The translations under genes and the position numbers were made by a program. Shown piece by piece: positions 1-8,554 of a stretch of 64,000 nucleotides of DNA. A model generated the notes under the pieces. That model did not search any database and was not told where the DNA came from. It saw nothing but the letters and a program-made list of their open reading frames with translations. The stretch covers positions 4,513 to 68,512 of the forward strand of contig JAICEW010000001.1 of the NCBI GenBank assembly GCA_025923995.1, given 5' to 3'. Numbering within the stretch: position 1 is the first letter of the stretch; every line of letters starts with the position of its first letter. Source of the stretch: Vicinamibacteria bacterium. Lineage in GTDB: Bacteria; Acidobacteriota; Vicinamibacteria; Fen-336.

Positions 1-457
1 GACGCCCCTCGTTGTAGGCCGTGATCGCGGTGACGTGGGTCTCGCTGGCGACGGCCGCCTCGGCCAGCAGCTCGTAGTCGCCCGGCTCGGACGAGGGATT
101 GTCCGTCGACACCTTGAGGCGGTAGTCGCCTTCCTTCTGCGTGATCCAGACGAGCATCTCGCTGCCGCCGACCTGGACCCAGTCCTTCACCTCGATGAGC
201 GCGGTGCCGGCGGGATCGAGCAGCTCGAGCGTGAGGTCGATCCCGATCTGTGCGCCGGCCACCTTCAGGGCCTGCCCCGCCGCCAGCTCCAGCCGGTACT
301 CGTGGACCTCGTTCGCGGCGAGCCGGTGGCGGACCGGCACGGACGGAGCGAGCACGCCCTGGTCGACGGTGGAGCGCGGCGGCGGGCTCGGCGCGACGCT
401 CGGGCCCTGGGGCGCCAGGAGCCCGACCAGCGGGACGCACAGACCCAGTGCCCGCAT
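1..457 (-). CDS. 5' part (N-terminal 152 aa) of a secreted protein with a PPC-like beta-sandwich domain; the gene continues past the window start
   Basis: Reverse-complement of 1-457 is an uninterrupted reading frame from ATG (457-455): MRALGLCVPLVGLLAPQGPSVAPSPPPRS... (signal-peptide-like). It is followed by HEYRLELAAGQALKV...LLDPAGTALIEV...GDYRLKV...PGDYELL, which is alignable to the N-terminal domain of the CHAT protein at 8910-12026. GC3-rich codon usage. Not in the ORF track because it is truncated by the window edge. Confidence 0.5.
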   Translation of the reverse strand, partial: MRALGLCVPLVGLLAPQGPSVAPSPPPRSTVDQGVLAPSVPVRHRLAANEVHEYRLELAAGQALKVAGAQIGIDLTLELLDPAGTALIEVKDWVQVGGSEMLVWITQKEGDYRLKVSTDNPSSEPGDYELLAEAAVASETHVTAITAYNEGR

Positions 458-508
458 GACCGGCAAGGATGGAACACCCAATCCCCCGCGGGCGCAAGGG
501 CGCATGCG

Positions 509-2191
509 TCAGCGCGGTCGGTGCAGCATCGGCGAGTCGAAGCTGAAGCCGGTCGAGGGCTCGAGCGCCACCGTCTTGCCCGCCAGCGCGCCGTAGGGCG
601 CGTCGTGGACGGCCGTGATGGTCCCGCTGGCGCCCGCGAGGGCCGGGATCCCGGCCGTGGCCAGGACGAGCAGCCCCTTGGGCGGGAGTGGTGCGATCGG
701 CGAGTGCGTCGCCAGCAGGTCCCCGGCGGGCGACCAGAAGTACAGCGTGGCCGTCACGGGCTCCGCGGTCGGGTTCTGCAGCAGCACGACCGTCACCTGG
801 CTGCCCGCGTTGTTGAAGCGCGGGACGATCAGCGTCGTGTCCCACGCGCGCAGCCGGTAGGTGTCGTCCGCCCCGCTGGGCGGCGCGGCTCCCCGCGCGC
901 GCACGCGCACGAGCTGGTCCTCGATGGCGGTCGAGGTGGGATTGGCGAAGCGCAAGGCGCGCGCGGGACCCGTGCCCGCCGCCTGCGCGGACTGGAGGAC
1001 GGTCCCACCGGCGTCCACTCGCTCCAGCGCGGGACCCTCGCCCGTGCCCAGGTCGCCCGAGGCCGCGTCGACGACGACCTCGTACGAGGAGTGGGCGTCC
1101 TGCCGGATGCGGAAGTGGTCGCCGCCGCTCCCGGCGGCCGCGGGCAGCGCGCGCTCGACGCGCGTCCCGTGCGCGAGCTCGGCGAAGGCGGGCGGCGTCT
1201 GCACGGCGGTCACGGCCTGCGCCGCGTTGTTCGCGGCCACGGGATCCGTCGCGGCTCCGGCCACGGTCGCGTCGTTGACGATGGGTCCGGCGGCGGTGTC
1301 CTTGACGCGCACGTGCACCGTGACCACCGACGTCCCGCCGGGGTCGAGCGCGCCCAGCGCGCAGGTCAAGGCGTTGCTCGCGTACTGGCACGTGGGGGCC
1401 GCGGGGGAGGACGCCACGAAGTCCACCAGCAGCGGATCCGGTGTCGACACCAGCGTCATGCCGGGCGAGCGTGAGGGGCCGTCGTTCGTGACCGTGAGCG
1501 TGTATACGAGCGGCGCCCCCGGCGCGACCGGGTCGGGCGCATCGGCGATGGCGAGCGCCAGGTCGGCGCGCGGATCGAGCAGGTCGGAGTCGGTCGCCGA
1601 GTTGTTGCCCAGCGCGGGGTCGGTCACCCCCGACGGCGGCGTCAGGCCCGCGGTGTTCGCGAGGGTCCCCGTCGCCGCGGGATCGATGGTGCCCGTGAGC
1701 GCGAACGTGGCCGAGCCGCCGACCAGCAGGCTCACGGACGCGTTGATGAGCCCGGAGCCGGACGCCGGGCACGACGACCCGCCCGACGCCGTGCAGGTCC
1801 AGGTCACGCCGAGGAGCGCAGCGGGCGGCGTGTCCAGGACGGTCGCGGACGCGACGCTCGAGGGGCCGGCGTTCGAGGCCACGATCGTGTAGGTGAGGGC
1901 GGTGCCGGGCACCGCGGTCGCCTGGCCGTCCGTCTTCGTGAGCGACAGGTCGGCCTGCGGGCCGCCGCTGCCGGCCGCGAGCGACCAGAAGCCGGCGTGG
2001 AGGGCGAACGGGCTGCCGGCGAAGGGTCCTCCGGCGTCGGGCTGCCCGGCGGTGCCGTCGAGCGTGAACGTGCCGCCCGCGGCGCCCATGGCGCCGCCGC
2101 CATCCACCGTGGACCAGGAGATCGCGTAGGGCTGCGCCGAAGCGGCTGCGGCGGCCAGGCCGAAGACGATCGCCAGCGCGGCTTGCCTCAC
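509..2191 (-). CDS. secreted DUF11 (conserved repeat domain) protein with an uncharacterised C-terminal domain
   Basis: Real start re-anchored to GTG at 2191 (VRQAALAIVFGLAAAAASAQP signal peptide) with AGGAGG 6 nt upstream; the ORF-track N-terminal extension is Arg-rich junk. Contains two DUF11-like modules (LTKTDGQATAVPGTALTYTIVASNAGPS...; VYTLTVTNDGPSRSPG...). Lies 18 nt downstream of the preceding gene. Confidence 0.7.
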   Translation of the reverse strand: MRQAALAIVFGLAAAAASAQPYAISWSTVDGGGAMGAAGGTFTLDGTAGQPDAGGPFAGSPFALHAGFWSLAAGSGGPQADLSLTKTDGQATAVPGTALTYTIVASNAGPSSVASATVLDTPPAALLGVTWTCTASGGSSCPASGSGLINASVSLLVGGSATFALTGTIDPAATGTLANTAGLTPPSGVTDPALGNNSATDSDLLDPRADLALAIADAPDPVAPGAPLVYTLTVTNDGPSRSPGMTLVSTPDPLLVDFVASSPAAPTCQYASNALTCALGALDPGGTSVVTVHVRVKDTAAGPIVNDATVAGAATDPVAANNAAQAVTAVQTPPAFAELAHGTRVERALPAAAGSGGDHFRIRQDAHSSYEVVVDAASGDLGTGEGPALERVDAGGTVLQSAQAAGTGPARALRFANPTSTAIEDQLVRVRARGAAPPSGADDTYRLRAWDTTLIVPRFNNAGSQVTVVLLQNPTAEPVTATLYFWSPAGDLLATHSPIAPLPPKGLLVLATAGIPALAGASGTITAVHDAPYGALAGKTVALEPSTGFSFDSPMLHRPR

Positions 2192-2208
2192 CTCGCGCCT
2201 CCTGCGGG

Positions 2209-4131
2209 TCAGCGGCAGCTGTGGGTGCTGCACTTGGTCACCTTGAGCGTGCCCAGCGACGTCCCGTAGCTGATCACCGGCAGGCCGTCCGCGCCGAGCA
2301 CGACCGCCGAGTCGAAGCCCACGATGCCGCTTCCCGGCGCGAGGCTGTCCAGGCTCGTGAGGACGTTCCCCGCCGAGCAGGCCGCGTTGCCACACTTGGC
2401 GACGCGCAGCCCTTCGATGAACGAGCTGTAGAACGTCACGAGCGGGAGACCGTCCGCGCCGATCACGACCTGTCCCGTGGAGCCCAGGTCCGTGGCCAGC
2501 ACGGTGACGGTCGAGGTGCCCGTGCACGTGGCGTTCGCGCACTTCGCGGCCTTGAGGCTCAGGTCGGTGGCGAACTGCCCGAGGTAGCTCACGACGGGGA
2601 CGCCGTCGGCGCCGATCGCGATCGAGCTGTAGGCGCCGGCGAGCACACCCGCGCTCACCGGATCGTCGACCACCGTCAGCACGTTCCCCGCGCTGCACGC
2701 GGGCGTGCCGCAGTGCGCCACCTTGAGGACGCCCGCCGTCCGGTCGTGGTAGCTCACCACGGGCAGGCCGTCGGCCCCGACCGCGATGGCCGTGCCGTAG
2801 TCCACCGCGCCGATGGGATCATCCACGACCGTGATGGTGTTGGCGTTGCTGCAGGCGGCGTTCCCGCACTTCACCACCTTCAGCGTGCCCGCCGTCGTGT
2901 CGTTGTAGCTGACGACGGGCAGGCCGTCGGCGCCGATCGCGAGCGAGCTGCCCCGGCCCACCACGTTGACGGCGGGATCGTCCACGAAGGTGCGGGTGCT
3001 GACGCTGCAGAACGCGTTGGCGCACTTGGCGACCTTGAGCGCGCCCGCGCTCGCGTCGTGGTAGCTGATGACGGGGAGCCCGTCGGCGGGGACCGCGATC
3101 GACGTGTCGATGCCCACGACGGCCGCCGGGTCGTCCACCGTGACGGCGATGTTGCCCGCGCTGCAGGCCGGGTTGCCGCAGCGGAGGAACTTGAGCGCGC
3201 CGGCCGTCGCGTCGTGGTAGCTGACGACGGGCAGGCCGTCGGCGCCGATCGCGATCGAGGTGTCCTCGCCGACCTGGTTGACCGGATCGTCGGCGGTCGT
3301 GACCGCGGGCGGCACGAAGACGGCCTCGCAGACCACGGACCCGTCCGCGTTGATCCCGCGCAGGTACTGCCCGGCCGTGCACGCGCCGCTGACGCGCGCC
3401 TGCACCTGCGCGGTGTTGATCTGCGCGAGGCCGACGGCGCCGCCCGCGATCTTCGGCGACGTCACCGCCTGGGGCGCGATCAGGACCGTCGTGATTCCGG
3501 CGGCCGCGACCGCCAGCGTTCCCGTGCCCGTCACCGGTCCGCCGGTCAGCCCGGCGCCGGTGGCCACGGAGGTGACGGTGCCCCCGCTGTTGGCATCCGG
3601 TGCGCACGCCCACGCGGCGCCGTTCCACTTCGCGACCTGGCTGGGCGCGCAGGAGAGCGCGCCCAGCGCATCGTCGTCCGTGTCGTCGGCGAAGCCGGCC
3701 GGCTTGCCCGAGACGCCCGACCACGGCGCGGCTGCGCTCCACAGCGAGGCGGGCCCTGGCGTGAGCTCCTGCCGCGGCGCCAGGCTCGTGTAGCCGCCGG
3801 CGGACGCGCCCGGCCGGACGCCCACGTCCAGGAACCGCTGGCTGCCCGCGAACGCCGCCCCGAAGTCGAGCCTGACCGTGAACAGCCCGTTCGCGACCAC
3901 CACGTCGTCGCGCGCGACCGTCGGTCCGGACTGCGAGCCGCCGGCCACCGCGTCGAAGAGCCGGAACTGGAAGTCGAACGTGCCCTCGGCCGGCAGGCGG
4001 GCGTCCGTCAGCCGCCCCTGGTAGGTGAAGGCGGTGCCTTGCGGAGTCTGGGCCTGGACGGCGCCGGCGCCGGTGAGCACCGCGAGCGCGAACGCCGTCC
4101 GCGTGCGGCGGACTCGCGAGGGCATCGTCAT
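2209..4131 (-). CDS. secreted tail-fibre-like repeat protein, paralog A (shared N-terminal domain plus 8 x ~48-aa Cys-pair repeats)
   Basis: Start ATG at 4131 (MTMPSRVRRTRTAFALAVLTGAGAVQAQ signal peptide) overlapping the upstream stop as ATGA. The N-terminal ~230 aa are homologous to the N-terminus of the 4128-6233 product (FTYQGRL...FDFQF...GGSQ.GP...DDVVVA.GLFTV.LDFGA.FAGS...SGKPAGFADDTDDDALG...AKWNG..WACA). Then eight repeats of the form ...IAIGADGLPVVSY.D.TAG.LKV.KCGN.ACS...VVDDP. Confidence 0.7.
   Translation of the reverse strand: MTMPSRVRRTRTAFALAVLTGAGAVQAQTPQGTAFTYQGRLTDARLPAEGTFDFQFRLFDAVAGGSQSGPTVARDDVVVANGLFTVRLDFGAAFAGSQRFLDVGVRPGASAGGYTSLAPRQELTPGPASLWSAAAPWSGVSGKPAGFADDTDDDALGALSCAPSQVAKWNGAAWACAPDANSGGTVTSVATGAGLTGGPVTGTGTLAVAAAGITTVLIAPQAVTSPKIAGGAVGLAQINTAQVQARVSGACTAGQYLRGINADGSVVCEAVFVPPAVTTADDPVNQVGEDTSIAIGADGLPVVSYHDATAGALKFLRCGNPACSAGNIAVTVDDPAAVVGIDTSIAVPADGLPVISYHDASAGALKVAKCANAFCSVSTRTFVDDPAVNVVGRGSSLAIGADGLPVVSYNDTTAGTLKVVKCGNAACSNANTITVVDDPIGAVDYGTAIAVGADGLPVVSYHDRTAGVLKVAHCGTPACSAGNVLTVVDDPVSAGVLAGAYSSIAIGADGVPVVSYLGQFATDLSLKAAKCANATCTGTSTVTVLATDLGSTGQVVIGADGLPLVTFYSSFIEGLRVAKCGNAACSAGNVLTSLDSLAPGSGIVGFDSAVVLGADGLPVISYGTSLGTLKVTKCSTHSCR
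2212..3370 (-). repeat. in-frame tandem coding repeats (8 x ~144 nt) within the paralog A gene
   Basis: Periodic protein repeat GADGLPV(V/I)SY...LKV.KC(G/A)N..C seen eight times in the translation of 2209-4131; boundaries approximate. Confidence 0.5.
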
Positions 4132-6233
4132 GGCCGCGTGGCGGTGTGGCGCCGGTCGAGACCGCGCTCGGGCGGGGCGCCCCATGCGTCGGGGTGCAGG
4201 TAGGTCCCGCGCTCGTCGTCCGGCTTGTCTTCCTCGACCGGGATGCGGTGCTTCTCGGCGTACGCGTCCTGGCGTATCCCGGTCACCTGCCACGAGACCT
4301 CGATGCGCGGCAGGTCGGTCTGGACGACGAAGGTCCCGCCCGCCATCTTCCGCGAGACGCGTGCGCGCGCCCAGGCGCCGCCGCCGAGCACCGTGAGCTG
4401 GTAGCGGAAGTCGCGGTTCAAGGCCTCGAACCAGTCCGGCATCGTCACCGTCGCGTATCCCTGGTCGTCGGTGGTGACCACGCCGTCGTAGACGTTCTTC
4501 ATCTCCGGCGACTCGACGAACGAGTGGTACAGGTACCGGTTCTCGGGATCGAGCGGGTGGTCGATCTTGAACGAGCCCGCGCTCTTCGAGAGCGTCCCGT
4601 TCACGTGCAGGCGACCCGAGAAATAGCCGGCGTAGCCGGACGAGGAGCCCGAGAGCCCGTAGACGCCGACGTTGGCGCCGGTGGTTCCGGACGCCTGGCC
4701 GTAGACGCCGTACACCGTGCCCGTGCCGGTGGCCTCCCCGTGGACGCCGAAGCCGCGGACCACCTCGCCGTGCACGCCGGTCGCGACCCCGCCCGCCAGC
4801 GCCTGGCCCCGCACGCCGATGCCGACGCTGGACGTGCTGACGCCGTGCACGCCGACGATCGCGCCCGACGGCCAGTTCGCCTCGCCGTACACGCCGGTCG
4901 CTCCCACGGACTGGGCCCAGCCGTAGACGCCGAAGATGTCGCCGCTGCCTCCGAACGCGCGGCCCTGGACGCCGCGTCCGGCGCTGGACCAGCTCTCGCC
5001 CCACACGCCGGTCGTATTGCCCGAGGAGGCGAGCGCGTAGCCCACGACGCCGCGGCCTCCGGTCGACTCGGAGCGCCCCACCGCGCCGATCGTCGGCCCT
5101 CCGACGGTCGACGTCGCCCAGCCGTACACGCCCACGCCCTGGGTGGATTGCGACTGGCCCTCGACGCCGCGCGCGTCGCCGGAGCTCGCGAGCGCCACGC
5201 CCGACACGCCCCGCCCGAACGTCGACATGCTCCAGCCCTTCGCGCCGTACGTGAGCCCCGTGCTGGCCGTGTGCCAGCCGAACAGCGCGGAGCCGTAGCT
5301 GCTGCCGCTCTGTCCGCGCACGCCGAACTCGCCGCCCTCGGCGTAGACGCCGATGCCCTGGCTCGAGTCGCTCAGGCCGTAGACCCCGATGGTCGCGTTC
5401 GTGGTCGCGAGCGCGTGACCGTAGACGCCGACGCCGCTGGTCGAGCTGGTCTCGCCGACCACGCCGCGGCTGAAGCCACCGCCGGCTCCGGCGCGCGCCA
5501 GGAGGCCGGTGCCCGCGTTCGCCGTGCTCTCGACCGTGAGGCCGGTCGCGCTGCCCGCGTTCCAGGTCTGGCCGTGATGGTTGTGGTCGCTGCGCGCGAC
5601 CGTGGTCGACGCGCCGCCGCCGCCGAACGCGACGCTCAGCGTTCCCGTCGAGGTGATCGGCCCGCCCGCGAGGCCCGCCCCCGCCGCGACCGAGGTGACG
5701 GTGCCCGGGTTCACGCTGTCCACCGCGCACGCCCAGCCGTTGCCGTTCCACTTCGCGACCTCGCCGGCCGCGCAGGTGAGGCCGCCCAGCGCGTCGTCGT
5801 CCGTGTCGTCCGCGAAGCCGGCCGGCTTGCCCGAGACGCCGGTCCAGGGCGCGGCCGCGCTGAAGAGCGCGGTCGGGGTCGAGGTCAGCTCCTGGCGGGG
5901 CACGATCGGGGTGTAGGTGCCGGCGCTCGCGCCGGGCCGCACCGAGACGTCGAGCCAGCGCCGGCTCCCGGCGAAGGACGCGCCGAAGTCGAGCGCGACG
6001 GTGAAGAGCCCACCGGCCACCACCACGTCGTCGCGCAGCACGATGGGGCCGACCTGCGAGCCTCCCACCGCGGCGTCGTAGAGGATGAACTGGAAGTCGA
6101 ACGCGCCGTCGGCCGGCGCCCCACCGTCGGCCAGCCGGCCCTGGTAGGTGAAGCTCGAGCCCTGGGGAGTCTGGGCGGCGGCCGCCCCCCCCAGCAGGGC
6201 GGAGACGGCGGCCCCGACGATCGCGTAGCGCAT
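4128..6233 (-). CDS. secreted tail-fibre-like protein, paralog B (shared N-terminal domain, Gly-rich ~11-aa periodic repeats, conserved C-terminal IDHPLDPEN-type domain)
   Basis: Start ATG at 6233 (MRYAIVGAAVSALLGGAAAAQTPQG signal peptide) with AAGGAG upstream. The stop TGA (4130-4128) overlaps the next gene's ATG (4131-4129) as ATGA. The central region is a periodic G.GV(Y/W/H)G.(A/S)xxS repeat. The C-terminus reads SAGSFKIDHPLDPENRYLYHSFVESPEMKNVYDGVV... Confidence 0.7.
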   Translation of the reverse strand: MRYAIVGAAVSALLGGAAAAQTPQGSSFTYQGRLADGGAPADGAFDFQFILYDAAVGGSQVGPIVLRDDVVVAGGLFTVALDFGASFAGSRRWLDVSVRPGASAGTYTPIVPRQELTSTPTALFSAAAPWTGVSGKPAGFADDTDDDALGGLTCAAGEVAKWNGNGWACAVDSVNPGTVTSVAAGAGLAGGPITSTGTLSVAFGGGGASTTVARSDHNHHGQTWNAGSATGLTVESTANAGTGLLARAGAGGGFSRGVVGETSSTSGVGVYGHALATTNATIGVYGLSDSSQGIGVYAEGGEFGVRGQSGSSYGSALFGWHTASTGLTYGAKGWSMSTFGRGVSGVALASSGDARGVEGQSQSTQGVGVYGWATSTVGGPTIGAVGRSESTGGRGVVGYALASSGNTTGVWGESWSSAGRGVQGRAFGGSGDIFGVYGWAQSVGATGVYGEANWPSGAIVGVHGVSTSSVGIGVRGQALAGGVATGVHGEVVRGFGVHGEATGTGTVYGVYGQASGTTGANVGVYGLSGSSSGYAGYFSGRLHVNGTLSKSAGSFKIDHPLDPENRYLYHSFVESPEMKNVYDGVVTTDDQGYATVTMPDWFEALNRDFRYQLTVLGGGAWARARVSRKMAGGTFVVQTDLPRIEVSWQVTGIRQDAYAEKHRIPVEEDKPDDERGTYLHPDAWGAPPERGLDRRHTATRP
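4670..5620 (-). repeat. degenerate ~33-36 nt tandem coding repeats (Gly-rich beta-helix-like) within the paralog B gene
   Basis: DNA periodicity of gtagacgccg / gtgcacgccg / gtacacgccg units; the protein shows GVYG / GVHG / GVWG periodicity. Boundaries approximate. Confidence 0.45.
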
Positions 6234-6312
6234 GGCCACTCCTTGTGGGGTCCGTGCAAGGGTGACGCCGCGGCCGGAAACGTGTCGGGTGGGCGCCCGG
6301 GAAAACGCATCG

Positions 6313-6347
6313 GGGCCGGAGCGCGCTGGGGCGACGCGCTCCGGCCC
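6313..6347 (-). terminator. strong GC hairpin (13-bp perfect stem, 9-nt loop) between the Cys-rich gene and paralog B; possible terminator or attenuator
   Basis: gggccggagcgcg (6313-6325) and cgcgctccggccc (6335-6347) are exact reverse complements. On the minus-strand RNA it begins 7 nt after the TGA of 6355-7008 and is followed by CGAUGCGUUUUCC (a short U run 7 nt downstream). Confidence 0.3.
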
Positions 6348-6354
6348 GAACCCC

Positions 6355-7008
6355 TCACATCCAGGGGATGAACGGGTCCTCGTACGGCGGCTCCGGCAGC
6401 CCGACACACTCGCAGGTGAACGGGCACACGTAGCGCCAGCACTGCCCCCCTGAGTCCCACCACCAGTGACAGCTGCAGCTGAAGCCGGCCACGCCGCCCT
6501 GTGGCGCCAGGGGGTTGTTGCACCAGAGCTCACAGTAGTGCTCGATGCCCTCGCAGCTCTGGCTCGATCCCTGGCACCGCTGCCCATAGCTCACGGTGGC
6601 GCCGGTGGCCGGCGTCAGCTTGAACCGGTGGTGGGGGTCGACCGGCCCGACCGCCTTGCTGTCGAGGATCACCCGGGCGGTCTGCGTCTTGCCCGGATCG
6701 ATGTCGTACCCCTGTGCGACCTTCACGCGACGCACCAGCGTGCCGTCGGGCTTCGAGATGTCGAGCGACCAGCCGCCGGCCGTCACGAGCAGGTTGCTCG
6801 TGGTGTTGTGGACGCCGATCTGGAACCCGATCGAGTACTTGCCGCCCGCCTCGGGAATGAGGCGGGCGTCCCCGACCGTCAGCTTGAACGGCGCCTCGGG
6901 CGACGAGACGGCCTGGATCGTGATGGGGATCGGCTCCGCGGCCATCAGGATGGCGGCCACGGCAAGGGTCAGCGCGGCGGCGGCGGCAACGGCCGTTCGC
7001 GGGCGCAT
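6355..7008 (-). CDS. secreted Cys/Trp-rich protein (beta-sandwich N-terminal part plus a C-terminal ~70-aa domain with 12 Cys)
   Basis: Start ATG 7008-7006 (MRPRTAVAAAAALTLAVAAILMAAEP signal peptide) sharing one nt with the TGA of the metzincin gene (TGATG). The C-terminus reads RCQGSSQSCEGIEHYCELWCNNP...FSCSCHWWWDSGGQCWRYVCPFTCEC. Confidence 0.65.
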   Translation of the reverse strand: MRPRTAVAAAAALTLAVAAILMAAEPIPITIQAVSSPEAPFKLTVGDARLIPEAGGKYSIGFQIGVHNTTSNLLVTAGGWSLDISKPDGTLVRRVKVAQGYDIDPGKTQTARVILDSKAVGPVDPHHRFKLTPATGATVSYGQRCQGSSQSCEGIEHYCELWCNNPLAPQGGVAGFSCSCHWWWDSGGQCWRYVCPFTCECVGLPEPPYEDPFIPWM

Positions 7009-7961
7009 CAGAAGCACCCGTTCGTGTAGGTGGCCGTCCGGTTGCCGCGGCGGTAGCAGCTGCAGCCCGACGCGTTGCACGCGCGCACCCGCACGTACGC
7101 GGAGGCCACGACGTTCAGCGTGGTCATGGTGTCGGGCCCGGAATACACGAGCGTCTGTGTTCCGAAGCCGGAGCTGCTCGACCGGTACACCTCGTACCGC
7201 GTGGCGCCGGCCGAGGGAGCCCAATCGAGGTCGTTCAGCCCGTAACACATCGCCGGAGTCACGGTGAAGCTGGCGGGCGCGGGCGGAGCGCCCGTCGCGC
7301 CGCAGTACCGCTCCTGGGAGCACTTCAGGGCGTTGCGGTCGTCCGTCTCCAGGCTCCGCTGCTGCGTCCCGCCCCAGTACGTCGCGTCCATGGTGGGCGT
7401 CTGGTTGGTTGCGGCGGGCACCGAGAGCTCGGTGTGGTGGATGCCCAGCGCGTGGCCCAGCTCGTGGGCCGCGACCGCCTGCGTGTCGTTGTCCATTCCG
7501 TTCGTGAACCAGTTGACGTTGTCCTCGAACACGATGTCGGACTCGATGATGACCTGCCCCGGCTGCTGCAGGACGAGCTGGGTGAGAGCGATGCAGCCGT
7601 TGCACGGGATCGCCTGGGCCCAGGAGAGGGTGTTCTGCTGGTCCACGGTGAACCCCGCGTTGGTGGTGCCCGCGTACGTGAGCACGTGGTCGGCGCCGGG
7701 GACGTTCGTCCAGGACGTCATGGCCGCCGTGAGTGCTGCCGCCTTGCCGTTCCCCTGGCGGGCCAGGTTGTGGAACCAGTTGGTGAACGGCGTGTTCCAG
7801 TGGGTGAAGCCGCCCGGGTCGTTGCAGGGCACGCGAAGGCCGCTGGTCTGCGCGCCGGCATTCGTCTGCTGGATCAGGCGCGAGGCGTCCGATGGAACCG
7901 CGATGCCCGACAGCAGGATCGCGGCCGTGGCGAGTCTCGTGAGACGACGTGGGCGGGTCAT
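7008..7961 (-). CDS. secreted zinc metalloprotease of the metzincin class (HExxHxxGxxH) with a C-terminal Cys-containing FN3-like tail
   Basis: AAHELGHALGIHH motif plus a downstream Met-turn candidate (PTMDATY). Signal peptide MTRPRRLTRLATAAILLSG. Start ATG 7961-7959 with GAGGAGG upstream, overlapping the upstream gene's stop as ATGA. Confidence 0.8.
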   Translation of the reverse strand: MTRPRRLTRLATAAILLSGIAVPSDASRLIQQTNAGAQTSGLRVPCNDPGGFTHWNTPFTNWFHNLARQGNGKAAALTAAMTSWTNVPGADHVLTYAGTTNAGFTVDQQNTLSWAQAIPCNGCIALTQLVLQQPGQVIIESDIVFEDNVNWFTNGMDNDTQAVAAHELGHALGIHHTELSVPAATNQTPTMDATYWGGTQQRSLETDDRNALKCSQERYCGATGAPPAPASFTVTPAMCYGLNDLDWAPSAGATRYEVYRSSSSGFGTQTLVYSGPDTMTTLNVVASAYVRVRACNASGCSCYRRGNRTATYTNGCF

Positions 7962-8554
7962 CGCTGCACCTCCTCGGCGGGCCCCTGCCTCACGGCATCG
8001 AGGATCCGCTGCGTGAGCTCGTGAAGCGGGAGGCCGTCGGGGCCACCCGCGGGATCCCTGCGGCCGAACCGATCGGCCACGAGCGGATGGGACGCCGCCT
8101 GGCTCACGGCGTGCGTGACGCCGTCCGTGCCCTCGGCCAGGTCGAACACGCCCTGCGACAGGTAGCTGGGGGTGAGTGCGTCGGCCGCTCCCGGGAGCGT
8201 CCCGCGGCCGAGGAACAGCACGTAGCTGCGGCCTGTTTGAAGCGAGGCTCCGGCGACGATCATCGCCGTGCGGTCCCCGACCGTTCCTCCCAGCAGCGTG
8301 ACGGTGATCTCCGCCCCGGCGCTTCCCTTCAGCACCTCGGTCGGGGCGACCCGCACGTCGGTGAAGATCAGGCTCCGCGCCGCGTTCCAGTACGAGCGCG
8401 CTCCCATGACCTCGCCGACCACGACCGTCTCGTGGGCTGCGGTCAGGTCCTCCAGGCTGGCGCGAACCATCGTGGTCGCGTCCGCGGATGCCACACAGCC
8501 GAGCGCGAGCGCGATCGCGCCGGTGGCATGCCTCCATGTCTTGTTCGTGTGCAT
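7958..8554 (-). CDS. secreted hypothetical protein (198 aa); first gene of the coupled triad
   Basis: Start chosen at ATG 8554 (MHTNKTWRHATGAIALALGCVASADA signal peptide) preceded by GAGGAGGTGGACCAC. The ORF-track start at 8644 adds 30 non-hydrophobic residues. Confidence 0.6.
   Translation of the reverse strand: MHTNKTWRHATGAIALALGCVASADATTMVRASLEDLTAAHETVVVGEVMGARSYWNAARSLIFTDVRVAPTEVLKGSAGAEITVTLLGGTVGDRTAMIVAGASLQTGRSYVLFLGRGTLPGAADALTPSYLSQGVFDLAEGTDGVTHAVSQAASHPLVADRFGRRDPAGGPDGLPLHELTQRILDAVRQGPAEEVQR

Noticed and set aside
35-1474. Plus-strand 479-aa ORF at the window start
   Set aside because: Arg/Gly-rich junk antisense to the PPC-domain gene (1-457) and the DUF11 gene. The minus-strand frames have signal peptides and domain homology.
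2221-6371. Plus-strand ORFs 2221-4203 and 4146-6371 (660 and 741 aa)
   Set aside because: Antisense to the two fibre-protein genes. Arg/Asp/His-rich with no domain signatures, and they mirror the repeat periodicity of the true minus-strand genes.
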